Made by a program: the position numbers and the translations under genes. 64,000 nucleotides of DNA from Paraspadella gotoi (Eukaryota; Animalia; Chaetognatha): positions 27,100,517 to 27,164,516 of the forward strand of contig CM119265.1 in NCBI GenBank assembly GCA_051294375.1, written 5' to 3'. Under the pieces are notes generated by a model that did not search any database, had not been told where the DNA came from, and saw nothing but the letters and a program-made list of their open reading frames with translations. Every line of letters starts with the position of its first letter. The stretch's first letter is position 1. This document shows positions 20,482 through 34,591 of this stretch, one piece after another.

Positions 20482-23400
20482 TTAGCCGGGTGGAGGAGGA
20501 GGAGGAGGTGGAGGTGGCGGAGGAGGGGGAACGCCCATAGGCGCGCCCCCTTGGGGACCCATCGACGTTCCCGGAGGACCCCACGATCCGGGGGGTCCAC
20601 CGCCCCAGGGATTCTGGGAAAAGAAGGGGGTGGGGAAAGAATCGTCAAGTCATTTACGTCTCATCAGATAATTTACAATAATAATTTAACAATTTAATAT
20701 AACATAATTTTTATTTTCTCACTTGGTTCATGGAATTGTTGCCCCAGGGTGGAGGAGGCGCGCCCCACCCGCCGGGAGCTCCTTGGCCGTTGCTTCTACC
20801 GCCGTTCCACTGGTCGTTGGCCGACTCGGGCGGGGGCACTCCCTGTGGCTGCCCACCGCCGTTGCTACCACCCGACATCTCCATCAGGTTGGGCGGTTTG
20901 GAGGCGGCGCTGCCGGGCGGCGGCGGGGGAGGAGGAGGAGGCGGAGGTGGCTGCGTTCCCGGAGGTCCCTGCTGCCACGGCGGCGGCGGAGCTTGATTCC
21001 ACGCCCCGCCGCCCCCTTGATCGCCCCCGCCCCAACCGGGCGTTCCGGAGCCCCAACTGTTTCTGTCGTTGCCCCAAGAGGGCGGAGGTCCGCCGGACCA
21101 GCTGCGACTGGCGCTGACGCCGCCGCCGCCCCAGCCGAGCCCTCGTCCGCCGCCCCAGCCGCCGCGGTCTCCGCCCCATTCGCCGCCCCTGCCGCGACCT
21201 CGTCCTCGGCCGCGGAACCCGCCTCGTCCCATGCCGTATTCCCCGTTCTCTTCGGGACCTTCGCCGGGCGGAGGGACGCTGGAAGCCCCGGGCGGGGGAG
21301 GCGGACCTTGACCCAATTCCGCCATCAGGCTCATGTACTCCTCGTCCATTTTTGCTCTGGGTAGAAAATAAATCATAATTGATAAATGATAATAATTGTT
21401 ATTAATTATATTAATATAATAATATAGTCATTGTCAAAACTCACTTGTCGTTGCCCATGAAGTGGGGCGGCCTTCCGAAGCCGCCGCCGGGGCCTCCCCA
21501 ACCGCCCCTCCCGCCGCCTCGGGGTTCGAAGCGTTCGTCGCGGAGATCTCCTGGTCGTTTTTGCTTGCAGTCGTTGGCGATGTGACCAGCCCCGCCGCAG
21601 ATGTGGCAGATTATCCTGAAATAAAAGTAGCATAAATGTAACTTTTTATTATTATTATTATTAAGAATAAAATATTCTTCTCACGTGTTAGTGACGATCT
21701 CCTGCGACTCGGCGATCTGCCTGAGTTTCGAGAGTCCCTCGTTCTCCCTCAAAGTCCCGTTGAGCAGTGCAAGTTCGCGCAGTTGTTGTTTGCGAAGATC
21801 GTTTTGTCCCTCGGGAACCTAAGACGGGAAGATGTGGGGGAGAAAATGAGAGGGGGGCGGGAGAACTCTCGCGGTTTATTTCTCTCTCTTTCCCTTTTCC
21901 CGCAGTCCCTTGCAACCCACCCCTCACGACACTCACGTCGATGCCTTCCTTGATGACTTTCTTGATGGCCTCGACGCCCTTCTTGACGGCTTCGGACGTG
22001 TTCGCCGTCACGTAGGCGTGGAGAGGCTCGTCCTCGCCCGGCAACGGTTGCCCGTCCTTTCGCCCGATCTTGCCTGGAAAGAATAATTATGAAACGTTGA
22101 TATAAAGTACAAAGTGACTGAGATAGAATCGCCGCGAGTACTCGTGGAGGTACTCAATAAGTCACTTTTCGGTCAATCGGTCTGTCTGTGTTTATCATCA
22201 GATTTATTCACATTAAAAATACTTCACCAATTTAATTATATTGGGTAGAAAGATAGACTACCATAAGACCTTTTGTTCTCGCAAATGGAAATCGGATTCT
22301 CGTGGTTTGAAATCGGATTATCTTGAATTAAAATCGGATTCTCATGGACGGATATTGATCTTCAATAATAGACTATTTGATTATTTAAAAACTTAATCTT
22401 TATTTCTTTATTTCCGTGTTTGATATTAATGTTCATTGATTTGTATTTAATAATATGTTATGCCCAATGGGATGGGACATCTCACTGTTGAGTTTGGGGG
22501 CTTCCAACCCTCAATGACGGCTCCAGTCACTGGCCTGGTTACCCTAGGACAGTCTCGCTTTGCTAACGCAGAGGGAAGTCGTTAGGACTGTGGATGGAAC
22601 ACTACGCCTGGGATGGTGTGTTCCCCCTCTGAGCCAATGGATTTTGGCTGAACGATGGTGGACGTGAGGCGTTGTGAATATACCGCCACAGGATCCCCGG
22701 GCCAAGACATCACTCAGGTTCCTCAAGCCTGAAAGTTGTCTGACAAAACTGTTACCATAGTGGGAGAGAGAGAGAGCGATAGTTATGGGGGTACAGGCAT
22801 TTGTCGTAGCATACCCCAGGGGCAGAGGCGTTTGTTATAGCGTACCCGAAGTTGGCTGGGCATAGGCGTTTGTTGTAGCGTACTCTGATAAGGTTGCGTG
22901 TTCGATAGTAGGGCTCACCACTTATGGCAACAGCCAGGTTGCCTGTGATGGCCATTGGGATGGGGCATCTCACTGTTGGCTTTGGGGGCTTCCAACCCTC
23001 AGTGACGTCTCCAGTGACTGGCGCGGTTACCCTAGGACAGTCTCACTTTGCCAACGCAGAAGGAAGTCGTTAGGACTGGATGGAACACTACGCCTGGGAT
23101 GGTGTGTTCTCCTTCTGAGCCAATGGATTTTGGCTGAACGATGATGGACGTGAGGCGGTGTGAATATACCGCCACAATGTTCTTTATTCCAGCCGAGTGA
23201 ACGTTATATTTTGTAAGCCGTCTGGTACGCGTTATGAGAGTGTAGTCCGTTTATTCCATATTTGGAAGTTGTCTCTCGAGTTCTCTATTCTTTTATAGAT
23301 CCACATATAGATGGTTGATGGTTTAAAAGTGAAATAGAACTAAGATATATTTGATCGTTTTAGTTAAAACTTTCTACATAAAAGATTCACCATTGGATAT

Positions 23401-24604
23401 TTATCATACAGATATTTAAAAATAATATAATCACAAATCACTCAGAAATACACATGATAAAAAATGACTGAGGCGCAACATATTGGAATTAGCGTTCTTG
23501 TTATTCAGATATGGACTGACCTTCCTTGACGGAGCCTTTTCCCCTGATGATGATCTTTGCGCCCGTGTCCTTCTCCATCGTCTTCAGCGTGTTTCCCCTG
23601 GGGCCGATCAACAACCCCACGAAGTTGATGTCCGGGTATTCCTCCTGGGGAATCATCACTTTATCGTGTATTCTTAAAAAATAAAAGGGGGAAGAGAGAT
23701 TAGATTTCGCACATCCTGACGAACGCTTTTGACGAATTAAAGAGCGCATCTGCTGCACCTGTTAACAGGTGCTCTGTAGTCGGAAGGAGGACGGTAGTTG
23801 ACGTTGATCTCGATCATCTTCTGCACGAGCAGGTGGCGCTGCTCTTCGAACTTTTTCCGCGTGCGATACTCGCGGGTGTTCAGTCTCTTTCCTTCCGAGT
23901 TGTAGATAGGTTCGGGGGATGGGGACCTAGAATAGGTAAACAAACGAATTTAACAAACAAACAGAAAGAAACTTAATGCGTAATCAGTAACTACTACATA
24001 CATAACTACTAGTTATTAACTAGTTATTAACTAGTCCAATCCATTACCTATCTTCGGGGTTTTTCGGGATGCCCAGTTCATTGGTCCTGAGCTTTCGCGT
24101 TATTTCTTCTATTTGCAGTTGGTATATGTATTGCTTCTCCTGTTCCGCCGATAGTCCTTTCGGCAAGGTGGTCGGCATGCCGGGAACCTGGTATGGAATA
24201 TAAACTTAATAATTCAAATATCTTAAGATAATAATGCAGACGATAACGGCAGCAAACTCACCGTAGTCTTGGTGTCGTCGCCTCCCCATCTGCTCTTCCT
24301 CTTCTTGGCCCTGGGTTGATGGGTGACGGCGTCGTTAGCGGCGACGCTGACGATGCCGCCCGGACTCGAAGACGCCGACGTGGACGCCGCCGCGAAATAC
24401 GCGTCTTGAGCCTTGGTGTACTGTGGGGGGGAAAAAAAGAGGAAGATAGAGATAATTAGAAAAAGGCAAGAACCTTCTAAGTCGCCCTAATCCCTAATCC
24501 CAACTCCATCTCACCTGTTCCATCATGGCGAAGAATTCGGCGTCGCTCATGCCCGGCCCGTCGAGGCCCGCGTCGGCCGCGCCTCGCTTCCCGTCCACCG
24601 ACAT
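20482..24604 (-). CDS. SF1: Splicing factor 1 / branch-point binding protein, 10 exons
   Basis: [24 protein letters not shown]2 domain ([16 protein letters not shown]; [11 protein letters not shown]; [13 protein letters not shown]), Zn knuckle [28 protein letters not shown], Pro/Gly-rich tail ending PPPG-TAA at 20482. Confidence 0.96.
22462..23176. repeat. Two copies of a ~230-250 bp dispersed repeat (LTR-like end) in an SF1 intron; further copies at 49559-49811 and partial ~40955-41046
   Basis: Shared sequence ...gggatgg...gggggcttcc...ggttaccc...gaagtcg...gaggcggtgtgaatataccgccaca. Sharp common end in a GGCGGT/ACCGCC hairpin plus ACA (TGT... on the minus strand). Confidence 0.8.
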
Positions 24605-25329
24605 CTTGGAGACTTTAATTCAGTCTCCGATCGACTGGCCGACCGATCGATGCAGGGGATCGATACGGAGATAGAGAGGGAGAGAGAGAGTTTTGGGTCA
24701 GTTCCGTTGCGGCCCTGACATTCGCAGTTTTGAGTTTCTTATTCAAAATATCTGAAGTTTTTTATGACGGAGGAAAATGAAAAATGTGGGTGGGAAAAAT
24801 AACTTTTTTTTTCCGCGAGTGGAGATAATAACGTATAAGCTTGAACTTGGCGTAGTAGTACAAAAATGAATCGGTGACTAGAATCGTAGACCATTAATCG
24901 AGAGAGAAAACCAATACATTTCTTTTTAATAATTGACTCCCCAAATTTAAAAGTGGATGGCAAGATAACTCATTAAACGTTGTACCAATTACTAATTTCC
25001 ACTCTTTTTCTAGACAAACACGGCAAAGTGAATTTCAAGCGGACAATCGAAAGCTAAACTAACTCGGCACAAACAGATATAAATATATAGTACTAGAGTT
25101 TATAAAAAAATAAAAAAGAACCCGACGTGTTAACCAATGATCGTACAAAGTGGAATGTGTTTCGAAGAAAGGCACAAAGTTAAAGAGAAAGGACATCTCA
25201 AAAAGAGAAAGAAAAAAGAGAAGAGGAGATAGAGAGGAGAGAGAGAGAGAGAGAGACGCGAGAGTGAAGAGAAGAGAAAGGAGAGTCAAAAAGAATCAGC
25301 GGTCTGCCCAGCCTTCGCTCTTCAAAGCC

Positions 25330-26419
25330 TCAATCCCAGTCGGGGATGTCGCTGTAATCGTAGCCCGGGACGCCGTGGTAGGCGTAGTAAGCGATCCTGA
25401 CATGATAGAACCCGGGGACGAACATGATGAGGCCGAGAAAGAGGACGGGCCAAGTTCGGTCGTTGTAGGCCGGGTCGATGTAAAGGCCGGAGAGAAGGAG
25501 GCCGCCGACGACGCAGAGGACGGAACCGAGGACGAAGAGAACCACGGCCAGGGCGATCGCCTTCAAGGGTATTTCTTATTTACTTTCAATTTATGAAATT
25601 GGTACAACCAATATAAAAATTATCACATTCATTTAATAAATAAGCTATCTTGCCCCTGACTTTGGACAGGCTTGGTGGTTTTAAGGCCCCCATCACTCTT
25701 TACAAGATAATGACATAGCAGGTCCCTGCAAGCTTTCAATCAAGACTCTCTCACAGTCTCGTTTATTCACTCCCAGAGTACCTGGCTTCCCTATCAATGA
25801 AGTGGGAAATATTTCAAAATGTTTCAATTGTATGAAAAGACCACTCCCTTAAGTATTAGATCGGGTAATACTTATTGTACTCCGCACTAGCATCAAATAC
25901 AAGGAGCTGAATTTTATGAAATTGTACAACCAATATAAAAATTATCCATTCATTTAATAATAAGCTATCTTGCCCTGACTTTGGACAGGCTTTTGGTGGT
26001 TTAAGGCCTCCATTATATTATTTATTTTTAAACGATGATAGGATTTCAACCCAACCTACTAAGCCTCTTATTTTCGATATAGTACGTACATTTATTAATT
26101 AATGATTAAAAAAAAAACCACAATGGAACTCATTGCCATACATCCTTCAGACAATCCCAGGTTCGCCCCACCTTGACGGGCACTTTGATCGTTCTCGACT
26201 CGAACTGAGAATCCAGAAATTCGTCCTCAACCGACTTCCCCGCCGAAGACGACGACGACGACGCCGTAGCCAACGAGTCGGTCCGTCTCTCTCCGGTCGT
26301 CGACAACGAAGCCAATGGCCGGTACCGTACTTTGCCGAGAACGTCGCCGGCCGAGCCGATGAAAGGTTCTCCTCAGAGTAGGCGCCCGTGTAGGACGAGG
26401 TAGTTGGGCACTCGGTCAT
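25330..26419 (-). CDS. TMEM230: Transmembrane protein 230; 5' part has an apparent 1-nt frame discrepancy
   Basis: Exon 25560-25330 reads [12 protein letters not shown]...[39 protein letters not shown]. The upstream exon gives KVRYRPL...EFLDSQF...KVPVK. Start codon uncertain. Confidence 0.88.
25591..26012. repeat. ~320-bp tandem unit (1.3 copies) in the TMEM230 intron; inverted relative at ~130-430 and partial copy at ~8250-8320
   Basis: gaaattggtacaaccaatataaaaattatc...gctatcttgcccctga recurs at 25595 and 25918. The reverse complement is present in the WWP intron at 130-430. Confidence 0.85.
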
Positions 26420-26466
26420 GCATGGTGGGATGTAGAGGAGAGAGGAGAGAAGGATGAGAGAGGAGG

Positions 26467-26506
<40 letters not shown>

Positions 26507-27522
26507 AGAGGAGATGAGGAGAGGAAAGAGAGAGAGAGAGAGAGAGTTTGTTTTTCCCCACGAGTATCAAACGGAACGTTTAGACGAAAACCGCACTTGT
26601 TATTTGTATTTTATGTTTTTATGTTATATGTTCTTCAACAAAAGAGAGTCGTCGATCAAGGATCAATGCGAATTAATAAATCAATTCCTTTTTTTTTTCG
26701 ATTATCTCAATTTCGGCCTGTAGACGCACGGCCACTTATGTACTGGCCACGCGACGGTTCAAACGTCTTGCTGATGTAAAGCCGCAAAAAAACGAGACGT
26801 CCCGGCTGCGGCGTCTTGGGATGTGTGGCTCGAGCGCCATTTGGACGGAGCGAGGCATCGCGTGGAGCCGCTCGTCGCCGATCGAAGCGAATCTGGTGTC
26901 GGTCGACGGAAATCGAGGGAAACTAAGAACAAACAAAAGATTGGTGCTTACGTAGAAATCCCAATGAGATTGGAAATATATCTATACAAGCTTTTAAGCT
27001 AAAGAAGCTTTTAAGCCGAAATTTAGTCAAAAAATAATAAATAATCGTACGAAACTTGCGGGTTTTACGTGTCTCATAAGCAGTAATACTCCGACCAGGA
27101 AAAATTACCAAGGTTAACGACCCAAACGAACTGAAGAATGAGGATCTTCAATTTTCGCGCTTCACGAAGTTTTGTCCGATACAGGCAACTAGGAAAATGA
27201 CCGAGAAACCAACAAGTTTTGAATGTTTGTTGTTGTATTTTAATATTTATTTTTAATATATATATATATATATACATATACCTACTCTTAACCACTTTTT
27301 CATTGCTCCTCAAGAAGCTTCGAGTCTGCGTAAGTCGTAACAAAAATATTTTTTTCTTTCGTAAATACTCATTCTTCAATCTTCATGGGTCTCTAAATAG
27401 CTAATAACCATAAATGAGGTTTAACTACTGCATATATGTAGATTATGGAGCGAAGACTCCACCAACTATTAATTAGCAATATGTTAAAAATTAAATTGTA
27501 ATTGGAGAATTAATAACGAGAA

Positions 27523-29602
27523 TCATTTGACTATGTGCTTGTAGTGTTGATGCAAGGGGGAACCGACTTGGCCGAGACCGGGATGAAGCGCGTGCTGAGC
27601 TCGCGTTCTGAACAGGTCGAGCATGAAGCTCTGATCGTTTCGCTTGATTCCCTTCATGTCGAGGACCTTTTGAAAATTGGTCACGTCCGGATCCGCGAGC
27701 AACTTGATGTAATTCTCCACGAAACCTAGGGGAAAACCGAATTGAGTACATCAATCTCATTTGCATATTGTAGTAATCTATTTAAAGTGTCATAAATTTA
27801 TGCTTCATTTAAATACGTTGTTAACTTAAGGGTTTTCAAATAATAATTTTTTATAGTAGTGTAAATGAATCATTTTAAATTTAGAAAATATTTTACAAGA
27901 ATAATTAATTAATTATTATTAATAATGACACAGTTACAACGAAAACAGCGGCGCCACCTTTCTGAGATGGCGAGTCGGCCGCGGGCGACATGACGACCTT
28001 GAGGATCATCTCGGCCCGAGTCATCCCCTTGACGACGATTTTGGTGAAGGAGGCGGGCGCCTTCCGAGAGACGGCGCTGCCGATCGACGGAAGATCGAGC
28101 AACGTCGTCTTCAGCGAGTGAGCGTCGAGTAGGAGTTGCTCCGCGCCCACCGTCGACACCGACTTGCATCTGGATAAATGAAAACAAAAGCGGCCTTTTG
28201 TTTTTTTGTTTTCTTTTCTTTTTTCTGTTTTCTTTTATTTTTTTTTGTGGCGAAACAAATTTGGTTTCCCCCCTTCTTTTAGTTTTACCGGTAAAGATTG
28301 TTGATGAATTTGGGAATGAACGAGTTGGCGAATTTGACGCAAAACTGAGTGAAGTACTTTCGCGATCCCTGAAGATTGTCCCTGATCACGGGAAGGTTTT
28401 GTTTCAGATGGTTGATGATCTCTGAGATGGAGAAAAACGTCAACAAATTTTAACTTTAAGATAATTAAATATCAATCACTTTTTTTTATCGCTCAAACAA
28501 ATGAATGTATTCTTACGAGAAACGTATCCGCTTTGATCTCCGACGGCCTCGACGTTCTGCCAGGATAATTTGCTCATCGCCGTCAGCGGGGCCTCCAACG
28601 CCCCTTCGAGGTCAGCCACGAGGAGTTGGATGCAGGTCGAGATCACGTTGTGGAAGAGGTCCAGCTCTTGCCCCATGTTCAATCGATCTGGGATGCGGGA
28701 AATACATACATGAAGAGATTTACGTGTAATCGCTTAGCTAAACAGTAAACACTGAACACTGAACAGTGAAAAACAGCTACATAAACAGGTGAGACCAAAA
28801 TTAAAACCTGCAAATTGAGGTAAAACTTTTTCTTTGAGTTTTTCTTCGAGCTGCTGCGAGGTTTCGAGACAATACTCGGCCGTGCAAAGGATGCAACAAA
28901 TTCTGATCTGTGAGAAAAACGAGTACGGTAAGTAAAGGAGAGAAGTTCACAATTCGAAATTCACGCATAATTCATGTATTGTTTCATACTTTGAAATAAG
29001 TTATATAACACGAAGCCGCCATAAACCTGCTCGGGTTCGGTCAGCTTCGCTCCAGCGGAATCCTCCTTCAGCAGCGATGAAGTCATTTGGGTGAAAAGAC
29101 CTGAGGTCGCCGACGCCCAGTTGGTGGCGTTGGAGTCGACGGCGCCCGTCGTCGTGGCAACCGCCGCCGCGGGCGAACCGTGGCGAGCGTTGATTTTTGG
29201 GAGATTGCCAAGCAAAAGACGAGTCGCGTATTCTGCGAGGTTTGAAAATATTTGTATTTTTACATACACGATTCCATCAATCTCATAAAGACATTTTATT
29301 CGGAAATAAACTGTTTTTGAAAAAATGTTAGTTTTAATACTCACCCGTGAGATACTTCTTAAAGACTTGTGCCAGGTAGACCAGGGCTCCCCTTTGCTCA
29401 AAGTGGTGCACTGCACCATGCACTTTTTGTAGTAGACGAATAGATCGCGGAGACAGGACGGACCCGAGGTTAGTTCTCACCCGCCGAGTCTGGCGTCAGA
29501 CCCGAAGGCACACCCGTCGATCGGAAGTCGTTGACGAAACGTTGGAGGAGTTCGCTCAGTGCGCGGTCCTATTTTGATGGGAGGTTGGGGTAAAAGAAGA
29601 AT

Positions 29603-29647
<45 letters not shown>

Positions 29648-32600
29648 TCGTTACTTGAGAATCGACGTAGATCTTAAGATGAGGTTCGAAACAACCGGAG
29701 ACGATCCCGGCAAAATGGTTTTTCGACGATTCCGCCCTGGAGACAAAACAAGTTTACGAATCAATGGATTTTCTAGATGGAATTTATAAATGGAATGTGG
29801 CCGACTGACTGACCGAATCCCCCGATGGGGTTCTTGACTCTCCTCGTCTTCGTTCTCGAAAGGGTTCGTCGAGGGCGCAGAGTCGGCGTCAAGGGAGAGA
29901 GTTGGCGACCGGGTTTCGTCCAGAGTTCGACCTAGGAGGAGGGAAGCGCCCGTCCAAGCTGCATCATCAAATCTCTCAACAATATTTCAAACAAAGGAGC
30001 AAAAGAAACCGTAGTCTACCGGAGAATCTCTTGGCGAGAAAAGTCTCGAAGGCGAATGTCCTCTGGATGGCAAAGAGAAGGAGTTTGACGTCGATCTCTT
30101 CCTCGCGATTCTTCATCAACGTCGCCAACTCGCTCTTCGTCCCGTGACAAAACTCCACGGAAATTCTTTGACCAAATTCAAATAAATACGCTATTAGACA
30201 AACATATATTTTATTATTTATATATAATTTGGTTTTGAAGAGACAGTAATTATTATTATATGTTAGTGACAGAAGCGTTCAATATAAGCAGTCCCTGAGC
30301 TTCGGATCAGGCTGTTACACAATGTTACAGGCGGGTTAAGCGCCCCGTCCCTCTTAACTGCTTGGCAGCCACCGGGCAAGAACCCTGGACCTTTGGGTTG
30401 GGAGGCGAATGACTTGTCTCCGGCACCAATGGCCGCTGATGAACGGTTGGTGGATTTTAGTCCACCATAGCTCACAATTTCCTTTTCCTTGCGTTTATTT
30501 TAAAAGGAAAATTTTTTTTTTAATATTTACAACCAAAAAAAATCGTTGTTTGTTAACAAAATTTATCCTATAACAGGGAACGATTCTGATTCTGATGGCT
30601 GGTCAAGGCTCGAAGATCACTCTAAGAGAATTTATTCTAAGCGTTTTCTAATAATTAGAATTTACCTCATTAACTCTGTCTCTATGGCTACACAACGGTT
30701 CCCAACATATGATAGAATTTTGTCACTATGATCGGAAATGATTGGTAGCTAAAACACACAAAGGGTTAAAACACATTGAAAAAAATTCTTTGTAATTTAC
30801 TACAATATTCAAATGAGATTTATGAGAACCTCTCGCTAAGTTCCCAGGTGGGCGGGAAGAGCTTGACGAATTTCTCTTCAAAGTCAATCAGGTGACGTTT
30901 TAACCAGGCGAAGCGACGATCGATTTTGTCCAACCAGGCGACGTCCTGAGAAGGAGAGAAGAGCAGGCGATACTCGGAGAGTTGGAGGCCCACGAACCTG
31001 TAAAGAGAAAAGGGGGTCATCGACTAGAACTCCTCCAGTCTTTTCATTGGTATCGTAGGATGATGTTGATAATGTAGCAGTTTAGAATATTTCTCTTATC
31101 TTTTGTTTAGCTTTTCTTAAAAGTTTTATTTTATTACTTTATAATTACTTATAATGTTTAGTTTTACTAGTAATATTTATATAATAGAAATTACATAGTA
31201 GTAATATTGTAAACTTGTAGTAGAGCCAAACTTTGTCAATGGGGTGGGTCAGAAGTTTTATTTGGGAACCTTCCCAATGAAACTTCATACATTTCTGAGA
31301 AAACTTTCAATGGACCAAATTTTTTTAAAATAGCTAGAAGCACTAGTAATTATTTTTTTAATATTTATTTATAGATAGGAAATGTCAAAAAATTCAGATA
31401 GCCTAAAAGTTGTCTGCACAAAGTATAATTCTTTTTTCAATATTTTGATAAGTGGGTCATAATTGGGAAAAACCTGGAAAATCATCCTTATCATCATCAT
31501 CATCATCATCCAATGATTTTAGTAGTTTTTGCTCATTTTCAGTAATAAAACATCAAAATTTTAAAAAGTTGTAATTACATTTTTGGTTTAACTTTTTGAG
31601 CTCTATCAGAATCAATTAAAAAAACTTAAAATATTCAAAAAATTTTTTAACATTATATAGCAATATACTAATTTTAATTAATTTTAATTACTCATGGTTC
31701 GGAAAATTTTTGCAAAAAAATATTTTAACACAATAACTAATACCAATAATGGATTCGTTTAATACTGTTCCCATTAAAATTTGAATTTGGACGGCTACCC
31801 CTACTTGTAGCCTTAATTCCAAAAAAAGCAATAATCAATAACATTGGACTCGCCATTTTAAGAGCTCCCTCTTGACTTTGGGCTCCAGGACGTCGAGAAC
31901 GAGGCAGGCTTGGTAGAGTTGTTGAGTTGGCGGGACGAATGCCGACTTGGCGCCGGGCCCCGACCCGCTCGCCACGTTGAAGGCTTCCTTAACGAAGAGA
32001 AGGAATAACGGAAATTAATATAGATAAAATAACCATAAGAGACTCGACCAACGGAGGCGTCCTCGCCTTGAAATCTCCCAAAATCTGGTGGCCGACGTTT
32101 TCCTGAATCGTCCTGAGTTGATCCGACAGCGCGCGAACTTGAGGGATGTCGGTGTAGTTCTTAAAATGATCCATGACGTGAATGACGCCTGCGTTGAAAA
32201 AATGTCATCATCATCGCCAAAAAAGACATTCACCATCGTGACATCCGCGTCAAACCTTCCAACAGATTGGCGACCTCCCCGTACTGCCGTTTCCTAGTCA
32301 GCGTCTGCAACGTCGCCACCCCACCCACCAGCATGTGGAGGTGATTGAGGGTGGCGATGGAAGCGGTGAGGTTGCGCTTGGCGTGGTCGAGCTGCTTGAT
32401 GTCGCGGGTGATCTCTCGGACCATCTCCTCGGATTTGCCCGCCTTGTCCTTGATGTCCTTGATGCGAGAGAAGAGATGCCCGATGGCCATTTGTGCATCG
32501 AGCAGCGCCTGGCGCCCGTCCTCGGCGCCGAGGCCCGGGCGATGCGGCTCCGACGCGGCGCCAGGCTCGGGACTTCCGCGAATCACGCGTCGAATGTCGA

Positions 32601-33103
32601 CGTCGAGTTTGGAGATTTCCGTCTCCACGTTGACGATAACGTCGTCGATATTGGCTGGACGGGGAAGCGGGTTTAAAGGAGGAGTTTGTAAGGATGGTTT
32701 AGATAAAAAAAAAAAAAATTATATTTTTAAACTTAAAGTTAATTTTAATTCTTTTGGAAGACCCGACATTAAAACTCTCTGACTAAAAGCCAAATTGGGT
32801 AAAAGAGTTTAAATGTCAGGAATCTTCGGCCTCGAACCTTCCCCCCCCCCCTCCGAACGCCTTGGCCTCACCCAACGACTGTTCCGTAGGAAAGAGCGAA
32901 TTGATGTAATCTACGGGATCGAACCCGGGTCGATCCAACGGATCCTCGGACGGCATCACGCGACTGATCGCGTCTTGAACTTCCGGCGGAAAGTCGAGCA
33001 CGTGCCACGCCTCCTCGGGAGTCGCGGGACCGATGACATCCCCGGGACGTGGCGGCGGAGGCGAGTCGGTGGACGGAACTAAGTTTTCTAAAGAAGCGCT
33101 CAT
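27523..33103 (-). CDS. VPS53: GARP/EARP complex subunit VPS53, about 15 exons
   Basis: [93 protein letters not shown]. Local frameshifts at ~29370-29480; 3' end uncertain. Confidence 0.95.
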
Positions 33104-33354
33104 CGTCGTCCGTCTCCGGGAGTTTCTTGTTTTTGATTAGTTTTTTTTTTTCATATATGAAAAAAATGACATTTTTTTTTCTCCCAGTTCTGACTAGTTT
33201 AGTAATCGTCCCACGGGCAGTTAACTTTTTTTTTGTTCATAAATAAAAACGAAAACATGATTTCAGAAATTATAATGAGCAACAACAACAACAACAACAA
33301 CGAGACAACTAGTGCGAGGGGGGGGAGAGGAATTCAAGGTCAATGTTTATCTTT

Positions 33355-34387
33355 TTAAAACGTAATGACTTTCATGTTATTTTTCTTCTTCTTCTTCTTT
33401 CTCTCTCTATCCGTAATCGGCGCCGTGGCCAGCGGAACTTCCTCTGCGGCGTCGGCTGACTTCCCTGCGGCGGAGGAGAGAGTGTCGAGGGCGATGGAGT
33501 CGATGCCGCGCTGCCGGTCGTGCTCGGGGCAGTCACGGCGGAAATGCTCCACGCTGCCGCAGAGTGTGCATCCTCCGCCGTTGGGGTAGAGACCTAACGA
33601 CATGATTAACGGCAAACTATTTAAATAATAAATTCAACATTTAATCGGACAAATAAATTTCAGCAATTGACCTCTCGGATTGTCGGGGCATTTGCTGGAC
33701 AGGTGACCCTTTTGATTGCAGACGAAGCAGGTGGCGAAGGGATAATCGCCAGGCGCCACTTTGGATCGGCACCTGGAGGACTTGTGCTCGGTGGAGCCGC
33801 ACTTGAAACAGATACCGGCGCCAGAGTCCAGGTTGTCCATCGTTTCGGGACAATCTATGAGGGTGTGCCCCGGTTGACGACATTGAAAGCAGCACCTAGT
33901 TATTTTTATTGTAATTTTTATGTCATCCGTACTTATTTAATAATTTAACATTAAGATTTCTCGTTTACTTTTGATCCTGACGAAACTTGACCCTCTTGAG
34001 CCTTCGTCGCTCGCGACGCAGATCCTTTTTGACGACCTCCTCGATCTTCTGCTCGGAGGCTCCGTTTTTGCTGAGTTCGTCCACCATCTTGTGCAGATCC
34101 TCGGACCACATTCTGAGCAAAAGAGAAATTTTTCTAATGAGCATCATTTCGGTCGGTTATCAATCGGATAGAATAAGAGGACAAATCTTTTCATTGGATC
34201 TACGGACGTCAACAGACCTTGTATCCCTCATGTAGGCGGGTAAAAACCGTTTGGCGACTCGACCGCCGCCGCCGCCGACACCGCCGCCCTTTCCTCCATC
34301 GCCGCCGGGTTTCAACTCTGCCCAAGAAGAAGCTTCGTGTTCTCGTTTCTTTCCCGATTGTCCGTTGTGTCGCGCCCACCGAACCAT
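33355..34387 (-). CDS. ZCCHC9: CCHC zinc-knuckle protein ZCCHC9-like, 4 exons
   Basis: N-terminal MVRWAR, RRERRRLKR, then four knuckles (CFQCRQPGH, CFKCGSTEH, CFVCNQKGHLSSKCPDNPRGLYPNGGGC, CTLCGSVEHFRRDCPE). C-terminal KVITF. Confidence 0.92.
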
Positions 34388-34591
34388 GTTTCGTTTTTTT
34401 GTTAGTTAGTTTTTATTATTATAAACTCGTTTCCGCTTTCAAAACTGAAATATGAGAAGAAAAAACAAAACATGAAAACATCAATTTTTTTAAAAGAAAG
34501 AATGGCAGCGAAAAAGGAAATGGGAAGGAGTTCTCCAAAAAACATTATCGCTCCTCTTTTTGTCTTCTCTTCACGCAGCAGTTCCCCTTTC

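Noticed and set aside
29340-29490. Frameshifts and a stop in a VPS53 exon suggesting a pseudogene or programmed frameshift
   Set aside because: Restoring single bases in short homopolymers (e.g. CCC(C)TG giving [15 protein letters not shown]) recovers conserved sequence, and the rest of the gene is intact. Most likely long-read consensus errors.
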